Of a stretch of 24,751 nt of DNA, positions 23,513-24,751 are shown piece after piece; within the stretch, counting starts at the first letter, position 1, and the number at the start of each line of letters is the position of its first letter. Origin of the DNA: a virus (lineage: Duplodnaviria; Caudoviricetes); the IMG/VR virus record IMGVR_UViG_3300049731_000099, positions 1-24,751 of that record; one strand, given 5' to 3'. A program made the position numbers and the translations under genes. The notes under the pieces were generated by a model, which was not told the DNA's origin, did not search any database, and saw only the letters and a program-made list of their open reading frames with translations.

Positions 23513-23570
23513 ATAGTACGCGGCGAGGGGATATACGTCCAGCCGCAGGGGCATGCCTGTCGCTGAAATA
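23513..23570 (-). promoter_or_regulatory. Repeated promoter cassette, copy 5
   Basis: Minus strand TATTTCAGCG ... TGGACG (23541-23536)-17 nt-TACTAT (23518-23513). Confidence 0.8.
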
Positions 23571-23666
23571 CTGGGACCTGAGGACGGTCGCTCGACGGGA
23601 CGGGTACCTCGTCGCTCGCGCCAGCCGCGGTCAGGCGCTGGGTCTAGTGACGTCGCGCCGCCCCGC

Positions 23667-24204
23667 GCCCGGATGCCACACCCGACGGGACCGAGCCCGG
23701 ATGCCACCTGACGCGGAGCCAGTCGGCCAGGTTGGCTCGACGGGAGACGTCGCGGGCGGGACGATCTGGCCCGCCTGTCCCCGCGACTCCCGGGTGGCAC
23801 CCGGGTACTGGCCCCGTCCTGTCGGGTGGCTCCCGGGTGCGGACGCCCTGGCCGCCGGGATCCGGCTGTCCGGGTGGCACCTCGGTGTCCGCGCCCGGCG
23901 GGCCCCGACGCGGCGGGCCGGGGTGGCGGCGGGCCGCGGACGTCAGCGGGCGGGTCTGGTCCCGGGTGGCAGGGTGTCACCCGGGAGTCTCCGGGTCAGC
24001 GGGTCCGTCGCTCCCCGGAGAGACGTCCGGGCCCCGCGCGACCGACACCCGGGAGTCTCCGACCTTCCCTGTCCGGAGACGTCTCCCCGCTCCCCGAAGT
24101 CTCGGACACCCGAGAGCTCACCGACCTGAGAACTTGTCCTGCTCCCTGGAGCATGAGACGTTCTGCCGCTCCCTGGAGTCTCCGGGCACCCGAGAGACTC
24201 CCGG
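23667..24204. repeat. Non-coding array of short direct and inverted repeats
   Basis: GCCCGGATGCCAC x2; CGGGTGGC x4; CACCCGGGAGTCTCCG x2; CACCCGAGAG x2; GCTCCCTGGAG x2; palindromes at 23789-23805, 23960-23986, 24075-24086. Confidence 0.8.
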
Positions 24205-24214
24205 TCCTGGGACA

Positions 24215-24248
24215 CGAGAGAGGGGAGGGGCCCGGAGGCCCCTCCCCT
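24215..24248 (-). terminator. Terminator after paralogue C
   Basis: Minus strand AGGGGAGGGGCC-TCCG-GGCCCCTCCCCT then CTCTC; same loop as the paralogue B terminator. Confidence 0.8.
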
Positions 24249-24253
24249 GGTGC

Positions 24254-24484
24254 CTACGCCTTGGCGGCTTCGTACTCCGCGATGATCGCGGCCTTCCGCT
24301 TGGCGTCGTACCTCTCCCGAGCTGCCGCCTGCCAGAGGGCCTCGTGCTGCCTGCACAGGTTCGCGTGTTGGCTGACGCGAGGCTTCTTGCAGACCGGCTT
24401 CCCGGTCTTGTCGCCGAGTCCACCCTCCCGCCAGTGGCACTGGGTCGGAGCGAACACGCGGCGAGTAGTCTTCGGAGCTGGCAT
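24254..24484 (-). CDS. C-x15-C-x11-C-x2-H paralogue C, 76 aa
   Basis: AGTGGAGG RBS then ATG; MPAPKTTRRVFAPTQCHWREGGLGD...IIAEYEAAKA. Confidence 0.9.
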   Translation of the reverse strand: MPAPKTTRRVFAPTQCHWREGGLGDKTGKPVCKKPRVSQHANLCRQHEALWQAAARERYDAKRKAAIIAEYEAAKA

Positions 24485-24559
24485 CGGTGATGCCTCCACT
24501 GCTGTCGAACGTCGCCCGCGCGCGGGTCGCGCGCTGGTCGTGTCGTTCGATCTGGTACC

Positions 24560-24616
24560 AGTATACGTCGTGGGGATATACGGGTCCACTGCGAGAACAC
24601 GTCCTACGCTGAAATA
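24560..24616 (-). promoter_or_regulatory. Repeated promoter cassette, copy 6
   Basis: Minus strand TATTTCAGCG ... TGGACC (24588-24583)-17 nt-TATACT (24565-24560). Confidence 0.8.
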
Positions 24617-24751
24617 ATGGGATCGAGGGACTGCTCGCGCGTTTCGGCCAGTTTTCGCGGTTTTCGCGCGTCGCGTCACTCCGTCCGTCTCGTCGCCTCG
24701 TCGCGCGCGTTCGGGGCCGCGTCGTGCCAGCGCTGCGACCGTCGTCGGAGC

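Noticed and set aside
23435-23980. 260-aa N-terminally extended version of paralogue B, and other ORFs over 23580-24220
   Set aside because: Pro/Arg/Gly-rich read-through of GC repeats; a promoter, RBS and paralogue-aligned GTG at 23434 define the shorter gene.
24485-24679. 141-aa extended version of paralogue C
   Set aside because: The extension spans its own promoter; GGAGG plus ATG 24484 matches the paralogue boundaries.

Overview
High-GC tailed-phage (or prophage) DNA, almost all coding on the + strand with many (A/G)TGA stop/start overlaps. No capsid, tail, terminase or integrase genes are visible. From left to right: the end of a lysis cassette (C39-like peptidase, two small membrane proteins, terminator); a MoxR-type AAA+/vWA pair; a nucleotide-metabolism cluster (dimeric all-alpha dUTPase/dCTPase, dCMP deaminase, DUF5664-like protein, a thymidylate-synthase homologue with the cytosine-type Asp, a stand-alone UDG-superfamily protein); and a replication/recombination block (SNF2 helicase, SAM methyltransferase, RuvC-like resolvase, Cas4-like nuclease, Sak4-like ATPase, SSB-like protein, family A polymerase with a degenerate N-terminal UDG-like domain, XRE HTH, primase-helicase, Xis-like HTH). 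The last ~6.5 kb is an accessory region built from six related TGGAC-N-17-TANNNT promoter cassettes. Three of these each drive one paralogue of an unrecognised C-x15-C-x11-C-x2-H protein with its own terminator, and the two minus-strand copies flank a dense repeat/palindrome array. The best candidates for new biology are (i) this triplicated promoter-gene-terminator module, whose promoter elements keep genome polarity rather than transcription polarity, and (ii) a probable dCMP-directed C5-modification pathway. All family calls come from motif recognition by eye; no searches were run.
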